Shown piece after piece: positions 25,574-28,191 of a DNA stretch of 28,191 nucleotides. Both the position numbers and the translations under genes were made by a program. Every line of letters starts with the position of its first letter. Positions within the stretch are counted from its first letter, which is position 1. The notes beneath the pieces are model-generated. The model worked only from the letters and a program-made list of their open reading frames with translations. It made no database searches and had not been told where the DNA came from. The DNA lies in the NCBI GenBank assembly GCA_041946805.1, contig JBHGBC010000073.1, forward strand, positions 1 through 28,191, given 5' to 3'. This DNA comes from a bacterium. GTDB lineage: Bacteria; Hinthialibacterota; Hinthialibacteria; Hinthialibacterales; Hinthialibacteraceae.

Positions 25574-27829
25574 ATGATTGAACAGGAACGAGAGCTGGCG
25601 GTAACTCAAACCCCAGATGAACCAGCCTTGACGGAGGGGCGGGTTCGGTTAACCAAGGATGACTCCGGGGTCCCAAGGGAAAGCGTCCGGCGGGGAGAGA
25701 CCGACATCGACGATCTCGACCAGGACGACATCGACATGGAGTCTCTGATCGATCAGAGCATGTCGGAGATCGAGAACGGCCAGATCATTACGGGCAAGGT
25801 GTTGAAAGTGACCACCGACGATGTCGTGGTCGATATCGGCTCGAAGTCGGAAGGCGTGATCAACCTGCATGAATTTCTCGACGACGGCAAGGATCCGAAC
25901 GTGTTCGTCGGGATGGACGTGGAGGTGATGGTGGTGAGCCGGGAGGGGCGGGATGGATTGCCCATCCTTTCCCGCAAGCGCGCCAAGGAACGCATGGCCA
26001 AGCGCATGCTGCGGCGGGCCTTCAAGAACGGCGAGCCGGTGCGGTGCGTGATCAAGGACATTCTCCGCGGCGGTTTCCAGGTCGACGTGGATGGTGTGCG
26101 GGGGTTCATCCCCTTCTCTCAGATGGGCCCGGGCGCGCGTTCGCCCGAGGAGCAGAAAGCGCTGATCGGCCAGGTCATCGAGGCGAAAATCCTCGAGATG
26201 CGCAACCGGCGGGACCTGATTCTTTCGCAACGGCAGTGGCTGGAAGAGCGGCGGGAGAAACTGCGCACCGAAACACTGGCGAACCTCAAGGCGGGTTACT
26301 GGGTGAAGGGCATCGTCAAGAACCTGACCGATTTCGGCGCCTTCGTGGACCTCGGGGGCATCGACGGATTGCTGCATGTCAAGGACATGTCCTGGGGCCA
26401 TGTCGCCCATCCGCGTGAAATGGTGCACGTGGGGATGGAATTGGACGTCATGGTGCTGGCGGTCGAAGGCGAGCGGATCTCGCTGGGTCTGAAGCAGAAG
26501 TCCCCCGATCCCTGGATGAACATCCAGGAGAAATTCCCTCCCGGCATGATGGTCACCGGGAAGGTCACCAGCTTGACCAAGTATGGCGCCTTCGTCTGCC
26601 TCGAGGACGGGGTGGAAGGCTTGATTCATATATCCGAAATGTCGTGGACCAAGCGGATCCATCATCCCTCCGAACTGTTGAAGGAAGGGGATGAGATCCA
26701 GGTCAAGGTGCTGAGCATCGACGAGGAGCGGCAGCGCATCTCCCTCAGCTTGCGCCAGACCTCGGTGGATCCGTGGACCCTGGCCAAGGCCAATTATCCT
26801 CCCGGAACGATTATCGAGGGCGAAGTGACGGGCATGACCGATTTCGGCGCCTTCGTCCAGCTGCCCGAGGGCGTGGACGGGATGATCCACGTGTCCGACC
26901 TGTCCTGGGGCGAGAAGATCAACCATCCCAAGCAGGTCCTGAAAAAAGGCGACAAGATCCGGTGCAAGGTGCTGGAGATCGATCCCCGGCATCAGCGGAT
27001 TTCACTGGGCCTCAAGCACATGGAGCCCGATCCTTGGGCCGCCGCCCGCGAAAAATATCCCGTCGGCTCGGCTGTCGAGGTGAAGGTGACGCGCATCACG
27101 GAATTCGGGGCCTTCGTGGAGCTGGAACAGGGCATCGAGGGCTTGGCGCATGTCTCGACCCTTGTGAAGCAGAAGGGCCAGCGCGCCGAGGACGTGGTCA
27201 AGGTGGGAGACATCGTGACCATGAAGATCCTCAAGTTCGACCTCGAAAACCGCAAAATCAGCCTTTCGCTCAAGGATTACATCAAGGAGCAGGAAGACAA
27301 GGAAGTCAAGAAATACATCTCTACCTCCGCGGGCGGCAACGCCACGCTGGGAGAATTGTTGGGCGAGCAGATGCAGGCCCTCATGCTGCAACGCGCGGCC
27401 TCGGAACAAGAAGCCGAGAAGGTTCGGGAGGAGACGGTCTCCGTGAAATCCGCCCCCGAACCGGTGGCGGAATCCGTGATGGCAGCCGTGGCGGAGCCGG
27501 TGACGGAAGCGCCACCGGAGGCGGCGATAGTGGAACCCGTAATGGAATCCACGGCCGAATCCGTGAGCGGGCCGGTGGTGGACGTGGTGGAGACGGTGAT
27601 CGAAACCGCTGTGGAGGCCCCGGCCGAAACACCGGCGCCGGTCGAGCCGGCGGATGCCGCTCCGCAAGAGGAAGCGATGATGGAATCTCCGGTGGTTACG
27701 GAACCGGTGGGGGAGCCATCCGCGCCGGCCGAAACCGCGGTCGAGGAACCCTCTGCGCCGGCGGCCGAGTCCGTGGAGCCGGAAACCAAGCCAGTGGAAG
27801 GCTCATCGGAAGCGGAAAAGACCGAGTAA
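25574..27829 (+). CDS. rpsA: 30S ribosomal protein S1 (six S1 domains) with long acidic C-terminal extension
   Basis: VDIGSKSEG, GFIPFSQ, repeated (D/K/E)(F/Y)GAFV.L..G(I/V)(D/E)GL.H(V/I)S..SW and RISLGLKQ...DPW motifs; ATLGELL end motif followed by an E/A/P/V/T-rich tail; RBS GGAGG. Confidence 0.97.
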   Translation: MIEQERELAVTQTPDEPALTEGRVRLTKDDSGVPRESVRRGETDIDDLDQDDIDMESLIDQSMSEIENGQIITGKVLKVTTDDVVVDIGSKSEGVINLHEFLDDGKDPNVFVGMDVEVMVVSREGRDGLPILSRKRAKERMAKRMLRRAFKNGEPVRCVIKDILRGGFQVDVDGVRGFIPFSQMGPGARSPEEQKALIGQVIEAKILEMRNRRDLILSQRQWLEERREKLRTETLANLKAGYWVKGIVKNLTDFGAFVDLGGIDGLLHVKDMSWGHVAHPREMVHVGMELDVMVLAVEGERISLGLKQKSPDPWMNIQEKFPPGMMVTGKVTSLTKYGAFVCLEDGVEGLIHISEMSWTKRIHHPSELLKEGDEIQVKVLSIDEERQRISLSLRQTSVDPWTLAKANYPPGTIIEGEVTGMTDFGAFVQLPEGVDGMIHVSDLSWGEKINHPKQVLKKGDKIRCKVLEIDPRHQRISLGLKHMEPDPWAAAREKYPVGSAVEVKVTRITEFGAFVELEQGIEGLAHVSTLVKQKGQRAEDVVKVGDIVTMKILKFDLENRKISLSLKDYIKEQEDKEVKKYISTSAGGNATLGELLGEQMQALMLQRAASEQEAEKVREETVSVKSAPEPVAESVMAAVAEPVTEAPPEAAIVEPVMESTAESVSGPVVDVVETVIETAVEAPAETPAPVEPADAAPQEEAMMESPVVTEPVGEPSAPAETAVEEPSAPAAESVEPETKPVEGSSEAEKTE

Positions 27830-27853
27830 ATCATGCACACGGCATGAAACAGG

Positions 27854-27887
27854 CAGGGGCATGTGAACACACGTGCCCCTGTTTTTT
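27854..27887 (+). terminator. Intrinsic terminator of rpsA
   Basis: 12-bp stem CAGGGGCATGTG / CACGTGCCCCTG, loop AACA, followed by T6. Confidence 0.85.
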
Positions 27888-28148
27888 AAAAAAACCAAGA
27901 ACAATCTTCCTGCCTATATTGCCGGACGGATGGCACTGGTGTTTTTCTTCTTTTTGTGCAGAATTCTCCAATTATTTGGCAAGGGACCTCTGCGGGAGTG
28001 CCCTTTTGATTCTCATCCAGATATTCATCGATAATCCATTAGAGAACACGTTAGACGTTACCCATCCTCATCCCGATCCACCGGATTCAGCCAGTCCTGA
28101 TGCTCCGGCAAAAAGTGAAAATGCACCTGATCTGTTCTATACATTGTG

Positions 28149-28168
28149 GTGCAGGCATCCTGCCTGCA
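28149..28168. repeat. REP-like palindrome family A
   Basis: GTGCAGGCATCCTGCCTGCA (TGCAGGCA/TGCCTGCA stem); related to 3976..3995. Confidence 0.65.
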
Positions 28169-28191
28169 ACCATATATTGCGCAGACAAGAT

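Noticed and set aside
27890..28191. Gene or RNA after the rpsA terminator
   Set aside because: AT-rich with no ORF of 60 aa or more and no tRNA fold; only a weak hairpin (~27981-28006) and a REP copy.

Overview
GC-rich bacterial chromosomal window with about 17 genes and no rRNA, tRNA, CRISPR array, transposase or phage genes. Left to right: (i) three type IV pilin/pseudopilin-like genes (one partial and divergent, two tandem paralogs about 80% identical) followed by a secreted, apparently non-catalytic multi-carbohydrate-binding protein and a terminator; (ii) a secreted glycerophosphodiester phosphodiesterase and a tight DegT-aminotransferase / OPA-family MFS / Gfo-Idh-MocA operon; (iii) on the minus strand, a large membrane protein with a glutamine-amidotransferase-like domain, an ABC ATPase, a RegB/PilS-like kinase, a sigma54 response regulator, a GspE/PilB ATPase fused to signal peptide + TPR + membrane anchor + Zn ribbon, and an orphan SWIM protein; (iv) two paralogous, internally duplicated ABC-2 permeases, plsC, and rpsA with a long acidic tail. 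The intergenic spaces hold several families of REP-like palindromes. The most notable items are the membrane-anchored, receptor-like PilB/GspE ATPase, the pilin-pilin-lectin unit with a possible C-terminal sorting motif, and the RegB/RegA-like pair wired to sigma54. From recollection only, the pilin family and the C-terminal 'V-x-x-W-x-L' motif suggest a Sumerlaeota/Hinthialibacterota-like lineage; this is unverified. All calls come from reading motifs by eye, with no database searches.
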